From Rhodobiaceae bacterium (lineage in GTDB: Bacteria > Pseudomonadota > Alphaproteobacteria > Rhizobiales > Tepidamorphaceae), in assembly GCA_020441995.1 (NCBI GenBank), contig JAGRLC010000003.1:6208-70207 (forward strand): 64,000 bases of DNA, in the 5' to 3' direction. Under the pieces are notes generated by a model. The model made no database searches. It worked only from the letters and a program-made list of their open reading frames with translations, and was not told the origin of the DNA. This document shows positions 18,686 to 27,491 of the stretch, piece by piece. Position 1 is the stretch's first letter; every line of letters starts with the position of its first letter. The position numbers and the translations under genes are program-made.

Positions 18686-19438
18686 TCAGGTCTTGTTGAT
18701 CGAGTTGCCGCCATCGGCAATAAACGCCTCGCCAGTGACGAAGGATGAAAGACCGGATAGCAGGAACATCGCGGCGTTTGCGATCTCTTCCGGTTCAGCC
18801 AGACGTTTGAGTGCATGCAGGCCAGCGATGAATTCGAGAAAATCAGGATCATCGCCCGCCATGGCTGTTTTCGTGCCGCCGGGCAGCAGCGCATTGACGC
18901 GGATGTTTTCAGGCCCGTGTTCAGCCGCCAGCACCTGGGTAAGGCCGATCAATCCAGCTTTGGCCGCCGCATAGGCGGCCATGCCCGGGAAGCCGGCGGT
19001 GTGGCCGACGAAGGACGAGGTGAAGACGATCGCACCGCCGCCGCGCTTTCTCATCGCCGGGATCTGATGCTTGGCGGCGTGGAAGCCGCTTGTCAGGTTC
19101 ACGTCGATCACGTTGCGCCAGTTCGCTTCGCTCATGTCGGACAGAGCGCCCATGTCGCCCATGGTGCCGGCGTTGTTGAAGGCCGCGTCGAGCCCGTCGA
19201 AACGGCTTTCGGCGAGTGCGACGAGATCTGCGGCGTAGCTTGCGTCGGCGACATCGCCGGCAAGAAATTCAGCCGTGCCGCCATCACGGCGGATTTCATC
19301 GGCAATCTGTGCCAGATGGCTTTCGCGCCGCGCGCCGAGTATGACGCGGGCGCCTTCTCTGGCAAATAATCTGGCTGCGGCGGCGCCGATCCCGCTGCTC
19401 GCTCCGGTTACGATGATAGTTTTTTCATCCAGTAGCAT
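18686..19438 (-). CDS. SDR family oxidoreductase
   Basis: 'TGASSGIG', 'NNAG', 'YAAAK' and 'IRVNAL.PG' motifs. Confidence 0.95.
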   Translation of the reverse strand: MLLDEKTIIVTGASSGIGAAAARLFAREGARVILGARRESHLAQIADEIRRDGGTAEFLAGDVADASYAADLVALAESRFDGLDAAFNNAGTMGDMGALSDMSEANWRNVIDVNLTSGFHAAKHQIPAMRKRGGGAIVFTSSFVGHTAGFPGMAAYAAAKAGLIGLTQVLAAEHGPENIRVNALLPGGTKTAMAGDDPDFLEFIAGLHALKRLAEPEEIANAAMFLLSGLSSFVTGEAFIADGGNSINKT

Positions 19439-19572
19439 TCTTCTCTCCCTTGGTTGAAAGGCGAGAGAGCGTTTGAATGACAGAACGGATTCAATCGACC
19501 CGTTTCCTGCATGGGAAAGCGAGTACCCAGCGGGGCAACAAGTTCAGGCGAGCCGGCAAGGCTTGGTGGCAA

Positions 19573-20832
19573 TCACGCCATCGCCATACGCGGTGCGCTT
19601 GGCGTTCTGGTGCGCATCCAAAGCATGACCATGATGGTGATGTTGAGCAGGTTCCAGGCGATGCCGTTGATGAAGGCCGCGTGGTAGGAACCGGTCAGGT
19701 CGTAGATCCAGCCGGACAGCCAGCCGCCCAGCGCCATGCCGATGACGGTCATCATGATGACAAAGCCGACACGGCGGCCCGCTTCGCGCGCGGGCAGGAA
19801 TTCACGCACGATCAGCGCGTAGCTCGGCACGATGCCGCCCTGCGACAGCCCGAAAACGAGCGAGACCACGTAGAGCGATGCAAGCCCGTTGAACGGGATG
19901 TAGAGACCAAGCGCAAGCATCTGCAGTGTGGAGGAGATCAGCAGGGTTTTGATGCCGCCGATCTTGTCCGCCACCAGGCCGCAGATCAGCCTGCTGACGA
20001 CGCCGCCGGCCAGCATCAGGGACAGCATCTGGGCACCGTTGGCGATGCCGAAACCGAGGTCGGCGCAATAGGCGACGATATGCACCTGCGGCATCGACAT
20101 GGCGACGCAGCAGCCAATACCGGCCAGGCCCAGCATGAGCTGGATTGTGCCGGGGCTAAGATCCGTTTTCGCCTGTCCGGAACTGCGGGCGGTCACCGCG
20201 TGCGGCGTGTGTTCCTCGGGCAACTGGCGCCGCAGCAGCAGCATCAGCGGCAGGATCATGACAAGGCAGGTGACGCCGATCACGACATAGGCCGCACGCC
20301 ATCCGGCAGTCGCCATGATGAACTGGATGATCGGCGGCCAGATAGCGCCGGCGAGGTAATTTCCGGTGGCGCCTGCGGCGACCGCGAATCCGCGCCGGCG
20401 GTCGAACCAGTGCGACAGGTCGGCGACCAGCGGGCCGAAACAGGTCGCGGTTCCGACGCCGACAAGCAGGCCCTGCCAGATCGCGAATTCCCAGATCGAT
20501 CCTGACGCCCCGGCGAAGATGTAACCCGCGCACAGCACGACAGCGGTCGCGGCGAGCGGCTTGACGATGCCGAACGCGTCGACGGCGCGGCCGACCCAGA
20601 GATTGCCGAGCGCAAACCCGATCATCGTCAATGTGTAGGGCAGGGAAGCATCTGCCCGATCCGTGCCAAATTCTGCCTGTACGGCAGGAATCACGACAAC
20701 GACCGACCACAAGCCGACGCTGCCGACCGTGCCGATCAGAACCGACACGACAAGGCGCATCCAGGCCTGCGGTCCGTCGATCGGGCTGACAGGCGCCTGC
20801 GGGGGATGCTTGTAGAGGCGATGTGCGTGCAT
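19573..20832 (-). CDS. MFS transporter (monocarboxylate/OFA-like)
   Basis: 12 TM segments with 'WFDRRRG.A', 'G...DKIG' and 'GWIYD.TGSY' motifs. Start set at MHAHRLY. Confidence 0.87.
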   Translation of the reverse strand: MHAHRLYKHPPQAPVSPIDGPQAWMRLVVSVLIGTVGSVGLWSVVVVIPAVQAEFGTDRADASLPYTLTMIGFALGNLWVGRAVDAFGIVKPLAATAVVLCAGYIFAGASGSIWEFAIWQGLLVGVGTATCFGPLVADLSHWFDRRRGFAVAAGATGNYLAGAIWPPIIQFIMATAGWRAAYVVIGVTCLVMILPLMLLLRRQLPEEHTPHAVTARSSGQAKTDLSPGTIQLMLGLAGIGCCVAMSMPQVHIVAYCADLGFGIANGAQMLSLMLAGGVVSRLICGLVADKIGGIKTLLISSTLQMLALGLYIPFNGLASLYVVSLVFGLSQGGIVPSYALIVREFLPAREAGRRVGFVIMMTVIGMALGGWLSGWIYDLTGSYHAAFINGIAWNLLNITIMVMLWMRTRTPSAPRMAMA

Positions 20833-20966
20833 GTTCTGGCGTTTCCGGTTTTCCGGATCACTAGCACGCCATGCCGACAAAGAGGCATGCTATCTGCGCA
20901 AGAGGGGCAGTATCGCGTTTGCCGCGACATGTGTAATTTGCGCGCGGCACAATGCTCTGAAAGGGG

Positions 20967-22076
20967 TTGCCCTTGGCACGCTATGTTGAAAAGGCCCTGA
21001 GCGACGTTGCGCGCTGGGCGGAGAACGGCTGGATCGAAGGCGAAGGACTTGCCGCGATCCGCGCAGATCTTGTGAGCCGCCGCAGCCGGTTCGGCCTGCC
21101 GCATATCTTCGGCCTTCTAGGGGCCGTTTTGCTGATGCTCTCGGCGCTGACGTTCGTTGCCGCCAATTGGGAGGAAATCCCAAGGCTGGTGCGCGTTGCC
21201 ATGCTCGCGGGCGCCCTGTTCGTGTCCTATGCGATCGTCGTGCGGCTGTATCTCACCGACCACGAACCCTTCGGGCAGGCCGCGCTACTTGTCGGCAATG
21301 GCATTTATGGCGCCAGCATCATGCTGGTCGCACAGATGTATCATATCGACGGCAATCCGCCCGACGCGGTGCTGACCTGGGCGCTGGGCGTTGCGCTATG
21401 CGCCGCCGCCTTCCGTGCTTCCGCGATATGGGTGCTCGCCTTCGCATTGTTCTGCTTGTGGTCGGGATGGGTGACAAGCGACACAAATCAGGTTCAATGG
21501 GTATTCCCGTTCGTTGTTTTCGCAATGGCGGTGCTGGCGTGGTGGATCCGGTTCACCGGTGCGCGCCATCTGATCGCGCTGGCGACGACCGTCTGGGTCG
21601 TGATGCTTCCGTTTCTCCGGAACGGTGATTTTTTCCCCTATCAGTCGCTGACTATCGGAGCAATTGTCGCGGGAATCGGCGCGGCCATCATGCTGGCGCG
21701 GCCCCAGGGTGATACGGTGATCGACCGAAGTGCGCCGCTGGCGCTTATGTATGGCTACGCGGTGGCCTTCTGCGGATTGTTCAACCTGCAATTCATCGAC
21801 AATGACCCCACAACCGGCCAGTTCGCGCTCTATGCCGTGCTTGCGCTTGCCTTGTCGCTCGGTGTTCTTGCCGTCGGACGTGAGCGCGGACGCGGCATGG
21901 CTCTGTGGGTGGCCTATCTCGGGTTCTCGGTCGAGGTGACGGGCATCTATTTCAAGACCGTTGGTACGCTGATCGGCACATCGTTCTTCTTCTTCACCGT
22001 CGGCGCGGTGGTGATCTTTCTTGCCTGGCTGGGCGTGAAGCTGCGCAAGGCGCAATACGCGGAGGCCGTGCAATGA
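20967..22076 (+). CDS. DUF2157 domain membrane protein
   Basis: 'W...GWI', 'FVAANW..I.R..R' and 'GA.I.LVAQMYHI.G' motifs in a multi-TM protein. TTG start is uncertain. Confidence 0.85.
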   Translation: MPLARYVEKALSDVARWAENGWIEGEGLAAIRADLVSRRSRFGLPHIFGLLGAVLLMLSALTFVAANWEEIPRLVRVAMLAGALFVSYAIVVRLYLTDHEPFGQAALLVGNGIYGASIMLVAQMYHIDGNPPDAVLTWALGVALCAAAFRASAIWVLAFALFCLWSGWVTSDTNQVQWVFPFVVFAMAVLAWWIRFTGARHLIALATTVWVVMLPFLRNGDFFPYQSLTIGAIVAGIGAAIMLARPQGDTVIDRSAPLALMYGYAVAFCGLFNLQFIDNDPTTGQFALYAVLALALSLGVLAVGRERGRGMALWVAYLGFSVEVTGIYFKTVGTLIGTSFFFFTVGAVVIFLAWLGVKLRKAQYAEAVQ

Positions 22077-22669
22077 GCGTTGCGACCCAATCCCGTCCTG
22101 CCATGCCGCGCTGGTGGATTCTTGCCGCAGGCATCGGCATCCTGCTGATCCAGATGGCGGTTCCCGGCTACATGATTTCCGATCGGGCCGCACTTCTGAA
22201 GAATGGCAGGGAGATCACGATCAAGACGGTCCCCATCGACCCGCGCAGCCTGTTCCGGGGCGACTATGTGATTCTGCGATACGATATATCGCGCATCGAC
22301 CTGGCCGGGTTCGACGCGCCCGAGGACATTCGTGAAGGTGAGAGGCTGAATGCGGTCATAACGCCTGCGGGCGAGGGAGAATGGAAAGCGGTTTCATTGA
22401 GCCGCGACTGGCCGCAGGCCGTGGCGAACAGCGATGCCGTTCTCACCGGCCATGTCGCATCGGTGTATGGAGCATCCGGTTCCAGAACAGCCCGGATGCG
22501 CTATGGCATTGAATCCTATTTCGTGCCCGAAGGTGAGGGCAAGAAGCTGGAAGACATGGTGCGCGAGCGGGCTTTGTCGGTGATCGTTGCCGTTGGCGAG
22601 GATGGACGCGCTGCGATCAAAGGGCTGGTCATGGACGGCCAGCGCATCTACGACGAGCCGTTGTTCTGA
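22073..22669 (+). CDS. GDYXXLXY domain-containing protein
   Basis: 'P.DPRSLFRGDYVILRY' and 'YGIESYFVPEG.G' motifs with an N-terminal TM anchor. ATGA overlap with the DUF2157 gene. Confidence 0.9.
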   Translation: MSVATQSRPAMPRWWILAAGIGILLIQMAVPGYMISDRAALLKNGREITIKTVPIDPRSLFRGDYVILRYDISRIDLAGFDAPEDIREGERLNAVITPAGEGEWKAVSLSRDWPQAVANSDAVLTGHVASVYGASGSRTARMRYGIESYFVPEGEGKKLEDMVRERALSVIVAVGEDGRAAIKGLVMDGQRIYDEPLF

Positions 22670-22693
22670 CAGGCAAACCGGGCAAGAGGCGAC

Positions 22694-23131
22694 ATGACTG
22701 ATGTAATCCGGCGGACTACCGGGATCGTTCTGGCAAGCGGCATGGCCTTGTCGCTGGCGGTGGGCGAGGTGTCCGCCGATGAACGCAAACTCGCGATCGA
22801 ACTCAACGCGGCGCAGGCCGTTGAGAAAGGTTGCCGCGTCAGCTTCCTGATCCGCAACGGCATGGAGACGGAAATCGGCGCCGCGGTTTTCGAAGTCGCG
22901 GTGATCGGCAAGGATGGGCTCGTCTCGGGGCTGATCCGGCTTGATTTCGGGCGCTTGCCAGTCAACAAGAGCCGCGTGCGGCAGTTCGACCTCGCGGGCA
23001 AAGGATGCGGCGATGTCGGCCGCCTCCTGCTCAATGATGTCACCGAGTGCTCGGGCGAGGGGCTGACAGCGGATGTCTGCCTCGATGCACTCAGCGTTTC
23101 GGCGCGCGGCGATATCGCATTCGATCTTTAG
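22694..23131 (+). CDS. Secreted 4-Cys hypothetical protein linked to exbB
   Basis: Signal peptide. Pattern 'IELN....CR..F...N', 'DFG.LP..K.RVRQFDL...C....LLLN...C' with four Cys. Confidence 0.75.
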   Translation: MTDVIRRTTGIVLASGMALSLAVGEVSADERKLAIELNAAQAVEKGCRVSFLIRNGMETEIGAAVFEVAVIGKDGLVSGLIRLDFGRLPVNKSRVRQFDLAGKGCGDVGRLLLNDVTECSGEGLTADVCLDALSVSARGDIAFDL

Positions 23132-23141
23132 GAACTCGCGC

Positions 23142-23846
23142 ATGGAATTTTCGCTGCTTGATCCTCTGCGTTCGCTGGTTGAGACCGGCGGTCCTGTCGT
23201 CGGACTTCTGCTGGCTGTGTCCGTCGTGGCGCTGACACTGATCGTCGTGAAGATCGCGCATTTCTGGCGTGCCGGCGTGGGCCGTCACAGGCGCGCGCGC
23301 AATGCTCTGGCCATTTGGGAGAGCGGCGACAAGTCGGCAGCGCTGGCCCACGCGCACGAGGGTGTTGCGCCTGTTTCCCGCCTGCTGGCCCATGGCATGC
23401 GTGGATTGCGCCAGCCCGGCGGCGACATGACGCTCATACGCGAAGACGTGGAGCGCGTGGCCATTGAAATCCTTGCCAGTCTGCGCAGCGGTTTGCGGGC
23501 GCTGGACGCCATCGCCCAGGTCGCGCCGCTGCTCGGCCTGTTCGGCACGGTGCTGGGCATGATCGAGGCGTTTCGCGCCTTGCAGGCGGGGGGCTCCAAC
23601 GTCGATCCCGCCGCTCTTGCCGGCGGCATCTGGGTCGCGCTGCTGACCACGGCTGTCGGACTTGGCATTGCCATGCCGGCCTCGCTTGCCGTGTCGTGGT
23701 TCGAGGCGCGTATCGAGAGCGAGCGCGTTACCATGGAAACGCTGCTGACGGCGCTGTTCACCCGCCGCCCGACGGAGCATGCCGCCAATGTCAGGGTGCT
23801 TCCAGTTGCCACTGGTGAGGCGGGCGGTCCGCGCAATGCGAATTGA
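23142..23846 (+). CDS. exbB: MotA/TolQ/ExbB proton channel protein
   Basis: 'APLLGLFGTVLGMI.AF' and 'GGIW.ALLTTA.GL' motifs. Confidence 0.92.
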   Translation: MEFSLLDPLRSLVETGGPVVGLLLAVSVVALTLIVVKIAHFWRAGVGRHRRARNALAIWESGDKSAALAHAHEGVAPVSRLLAHGMRGLRQPGGDMTLIREDVERVAIEILASLRSGLRALDAIAQVAPLLGLFGTVLGMIEAFRALQAGGSNVDPAALAGGIWVALLTTAVGLGIAMPASLAVSWFEARIESERVTMETLLTALFTRRPTEHAANVRVLPVATGEAGGPRNAN

Positions 23847-24246
23847 ACCCGCCGCGCAAGGTGGTGTGTTCCGGCGCAGGCTTGGCCTGACGCCGCTGAT
23901 CGACGTCATCTTCCTGCTGCTGCTGTTCTTCATGCTGACATCGACCTTTCAGCGGGCCGGCGAGCTTGCCGTCAGCGGTGGCGATGCGGGCACAAGCGCG
24001 GCCGGCGAACTGCCGGACCTGATCGTGAAGATCGAAGCCGGCGGCGCGCTGGCGCTCAACGGCGAGCATGTTGATGCGCCCGATGTGCCGGACCGGCTTT
24101 CAACCTTGCACGATGGCGGCGCGCAGCGTGTCGCGGTGTCCGCCGGAGTCGAAGCCTCGGTTGCGGACCTGACACTGGCCCTCGACCGTTTGGCGCAGGC
24201 CGGGTTTGAGCAGGTTCAGGTGGTGCGCGGGGCTGCTGTGCAATGA
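23836..24246 (+). CDS. exbD: ExbD/TolR protein (canonical Asp)
   Basis: 'LTPLIDVIFLLLLFFML' TM segment with the essential Asp. Confidence 0.9.
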   Translation: MRIEPAAQGGVFRRRLGLTPLIDVIFLLLLFFMLTSTFQRAGELAVSGGDAGTSAAGELPDLIVKIEAGGALALNGEHVDAPDVPDRLSTLHDGGAQRVAVSAGVEASVADLTLALDRLAQAGFEQVQVVRGAAVQ

Positions 24247-24641
24247 AGATTCATGTCCCCGCACCGCGTCCGCGCGCCGAGAACACCATCGCGCTGATCA
24301 ATGTCGTGTTCCTGCTGCTGGTGTTCTTTCTCGTTGCCGGCACGATCGCGTCGCAGTCGGAACGTGCAGTAAAGCTCGCCGCCTCGCAGCAGGGGGTGGC
24401 CGCCGAAAGCAATGACGGCGTTATCGCGCTCATGCCGGATGGCAGCCTGATGCGGAACGGCGAGGTCATCGCTATCGCCGCATTCATCGCGGAAACGGCG
24501 CCGGACATGCCTGTACGCATCGCCGCGGACCGCGATGCGCCGGCGGAGCGGCTTGTGGCCGTTATCGCCGATCTCAGGGCCGCGGGGTTCGGCGATGTCG
24601 CCGTGCTGGTCTCACGGACAGCGGGTGAGCCGGTACAATGA
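24243..24641 (+). CDS. exbD: ExbD/TolR protein, Asp->Asn variant
   Basis: 'ENTIALINVVFLLLVFFLV' and 'IAADRDA' motifs. The TM Asp is replaced by Asn. Confidence 0.85.
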   Translation: MKIHVPAPRPRAENTIALINVVFLLLVFFLVAGTIASQSERAVKLAASQQGVAAESNDGVIALMPDGSLMRNGEVIAIAAFIAETAPDMPVRIAADRDAPAERLVAVIADLRAAGFGDVAVLVSRTAGEPVQ

Positions 24642-25489
24642 ACGCGGTGAGCATGCGGCCGATCGATTGGGCCATGGCGGCGGTGCTTTCGATTGCCCTG
24701 CATGTCGGCGTGGCTGGCTTCTACTGGCCGCAGCCGGAAGACCTGGCCCAGGTTGCGCGCCGGGCCGGCGGCATGACCATCGTCAATGGCGGGCTTGTCA
24801 ATTCGGCGGCTTCGTCAGGGGCTGAAAGCGTTACGCCGCCGCAGGTTCAGCCAACACAGGCTGAGACGGTGGATGCTGTCACGCCGCAGGCGGTTTCTCC
24901 GGCGCCTTCTGTGCCGGCTGCCGCTGAAGCGGCGAAGGCAGCCGATGCAAGCCCGGTCGCCGCTGTCACCGCAGCCCGGCCCGATGCGTTGCGCGGGAAC
25001 ACGCCGGCAAGCGCCAAGCCGGTTGCGCCGGTAACCGTAGAGCCTGTTGAGCAGGCGCCCGCGAAACGCAAGGCACCGGTCGAGAAGCGCCGTGCTCCGG
25101 CCTCGTCCAAAAGCGATACGGCAGGCTCGCAAAGCCGGGCGCAGCAGCGTGCGGCGCAGGCGGGAAGCGGCGGGCGCGAGCGCACGGCTGACGGACGTGC
25201 CGCGGAATCGGGTTATGCAAGCAAGGTCGTCGCGCGCATCCAGCGGGCAAAACGCTGTACGTCAGCCCTGCGCAGCGCGCGCGCTAGCGGTACGGCGCGC
25301 ATACGCTTCACGTTGAACAGGGCCGGACGGGTGACGGCTGCGGGGGTTGCGCGCGGTTCGGGTTCGCGTGTCGTGGATCGCGAGGCCCTGTCCCTGGTAC
25401 GCCGCGCCGGGCCCTATCCGGCATTCCCATCCGCGATCCGCAAGTCGTCGCTGAGCTATACCGTGCCGATCACATATCGCGGGTGCTGA
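24638..25489 (+). CDS. tonB: Energy transducer TonB family protein
   Basis: TM with S-x3-H ('LSIALH'), Pro/Ala-rich linker and C-terminal domain 'G...IRF.LN..G.V....V..GSG...DR.AL..VRRA.PYP.FP'. Confidence 0.85.
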   Translation: MNAVSMRPIDWAMAAVLSIALHVGVAGFYWPQPEDLAQVARRAGGMTIVNGGLVNSAASSGAESVTPPQVQPTQAETVDAVTPQAVSPAPSVPAAAEAAKAADASPVAAVTAARPDALRGNTPASAKPVAPVTVEPVEQAPAKRKAPVEKRRAPASSKSDTAGSQSRAQQRAAQAGSGGRERTADGRAAESGYASKVVARIQRAKRCTSALRSARASGTARIRFTLNRAGRVTAAGVARGSGSRVVDREALSLVRRAGPYPAFPSAIRKSSLSYTVPITYRGC

Positions 25490-25491
25490 GG

Positions 25492-26058
25492 CTATAGCTC
25501 GATAACGTCGGTTTCGTGGACGGGAACCGGGCCGCCAACGGCGCGATCTTCCAGGAAGTCGGGGCTGGTATCGCCCCGTGTGGAAATGCCGACCACATGC
25601 TTCCAGAACTTGCCGCGCGGTTCGGGGCCGAAATAGCCGCGAATGCGGATGAATGGCCTCGGCACCATCAGTGTCCAGTAGATCCGGTCGATCAGCGTCT
25701 TGGTCGAGAACGGCTTGCACAGAACCTCATGCACGCCCAGGCGGGCGAGTTCCGTCATCCCCTTGCGGCTGATCTTGCTCACGATGAACAGGATCGGCAT
25801 GTGGTTGATGGGTTTTGATTCATGATCGCGGATTGCGCTGACAAGCTCGCGTCCGCTGAGGAACGCCAGCTTTTCGCCGATGATGGCGATGTCCGGAACC
25901 TGCTGCGCAACAGCTTCGAGCGCCTCTGAACCATCGCCGGCGTGCTGGATGTTCATCGCGCCGGCCGCGCGCAACATGGAAGCAAGCTGACGGCGGTCCC
26001 AGGAATTCGATTCCGCAATCAGGAAATTATACCGGTTCAGGCGAACATGATCGATCAT
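25492..26058 (-). CDS. Atypical single-domain receiver protein (Cle-like, no phospho-acceptor Asp)
   Basis: REC fold with 'KPF'. The phosphorylation site reads 'DIAIIGEK'. C-terminal 'PRPF....YFGPEPR'. Confidence 0.75.
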   Translation of the reverse strand: MIDHVRLNRYNFLIAESNSWDRRQLASMLRAAGAMNIQHAGDGSEALEAVAQQVPDIAIIGEKLAFLSGRELVSAIRDHESKPINHMPILFIVSKISRKGMTELARLGVHEVLCKPFSTKTLIDRIYWTLMVPRPFIRIRGYFGPEPRGKFWKHVVGISTRGDTSPDFLEDRAVGGPVPVHETDVIEL

Positions 26059-26319
26059 GACGGCCGGCGCAGCCTTGCGTTACGCGGTTACATCGGTGGC
26101 CCGCCGAATTGCGCACCGGTATAAGGAATAGCCCGGATAACCAAACGCAACGTTAATTCAAAGGCTTACATGCGATTTGCCTGGCGGGTTCCCGATGAGG
26201 GAGCCGGCTGCGTGTTTTTGTTGGCGATACAAATTTCCGCAAATCGAGCCGCTTTTTCCGTATTTAGTGACCCTGAATTACCCAAACTGACTTCTTTACA
26301 AGGCAAAAAGGACGCGGGC

Positions 26320-27342
26320 TCACGTCTTTTTGCGTGACGACATTGCGGAGGCGGCAAACGCCAAGGTCAACGCGCAAATGATCACGGCAGCCGCGGCCAA
26401 CGCTTCAAGCGGGCTGTAGAGCGAAAAGACAGCAGCCCCGGCCAGCAGGATATTGGCGGCAAGGGCGCGTGTCGTGACCCATGTGTGGGATTTTCCCGCC
26501 CGGCGCGCGCGCTGGTAAAGATGATCGGAATGAGCCTGGGTGATGCGCTCGCCGCGTACAAGCCGCGCAATCAGGGTGCCGGTCGCATCGCACAGGAAGT
26601 AAAGCGGCAGGATCAATGCCGCCGCCGGCTGCCCGGCCAGCAACAGCAACAACAACAGCCAGCCGATGCCGTAGCCAATGGGTACCGAGCCCGCGTCGCC
26701 GAGAAACACCCGGGCCGGTGGCCAGTTGAACGGCAGGAACGCAAGCGACGAGGCCGCTATTGCCGCGGCCACGGGGGCCGACACCAGAACGAAAGGCGCT
26801 TGCGATAGAATTGCGAGTATGGCGAATGCGCCGCCAGCCGCCGTCACCGACTGCCCCGTGGCGAGCCCGTCCAGCCCGTCCATGAAGTTCATCGCATTGA
26901 GAAACCACATCCAGGCGAGGCCGATGCATACGCGTTCGATGATGAGCGGCAGGTAATCCGGCACCAGACGCAATTCAGCGGGAAGCGTTGCCAGGGGCAG
27001 CACGACAGCAAGGGTTTGTACGAAGAGGCGAAGCCGTACCGGCTGCGGCCTCAGATCATCGCACCATGAAACAGCCATCAGCAGCACGAAGCCTGCCCAT
27101 GTGCTCCAGACAAAAGCGCCCGCACCGTAATTCAGGTTCACGCAAGCCCAGGCAACGGCAACGGGGACCACGATGGCCATGCCCCCGCCACGCGGTACGG
27201 CTGCGGCATGGTTCGATCTCGGCCCCGGAATGTCGAGAACGCCACTGTTGGCGAGCGCGCGCGCAAGCCTGGGCGTGGCCAGCAGGGTGACGGCCCCGCA
27301 GGCAAGGGCGGTCCATATCGATGTGGTCAGGTCAGCCGGCAT
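26320..27342 (-). CDS. MraY/WecA-like polyprenyl-phosphate sugar-1-phosphate transferase
   Basis: 'D.P..RS.H...PRGGG', 'DD', 'NAMNFMDGLDG', 'FNWPPA.VFLGD.GS' and 'H..HLYQ' motifs. Confidence 0.9.
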   Translation of the reverse strand: MPADLTTSIWTALACGAVTLLATPRLARALANSGVLDIPGPRSNHAAAVPRGGGMAIVVPVAVAWACVNLNYGAGAFVWSTWAGFVLLMAVSWCDDLRPQPVRLRLFVQTLAVVLPLATLPAELRLVPDYLPLIIERVCIGLAWMWFLNAMNFMDGLDGLATGQSVTAAGGAFAILAILSQAPFVLVSAPVAAAIAASSLAFLPFNWPPARVFLGDAGSVPIGYGIGWLLLLLLLAGQPAAALILPLYFLCDATGTLIARLVRGERITQAHSDHLYQRARRAGKSHTWVTTRALAANILLAGAAVFSLYSPLEALAAAAVIICALTLAFAASAMSSRKKT

Positions 27343-27406
27343 TTCCGTTCCGCCGGGTTGGACGCTTGATCATTCCGTTCTCTCAAACTGCTTGCCTGCC
27401 GCACAT

Positions 27407-27431
27407 GCAACCTATCGCGTTTACAAGCGTT
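27407..27431 (+). promoter_or_regulatory. Putative EcfG (sigmaT/RpoE2)-type promoter
   Basis: GCAAC-N16-CGTT against the consensus GGAAC-N16-CGTT, about 60 nt upstream of the small membrane protein. Confidence 0.45.
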
Positions 27432-27491
27432 TGATCATCAGGGCGTGAATGGATGCTCTGCAATTTTTCGGATGTTTTAAAGGAGAAAGCG

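Noticed and set aside
20833-20966. Iron-responsive (Fur/Irr/RirA) box for the Ton-like operon
   Set aside because: No AT-rich dyad matching those consensus sites was visible.
26130-26170. Possible CtrA site upstream of the Cle-like gene
   Set aside because: Only TTAA half-sites with wrong spacing (N9 or N12).
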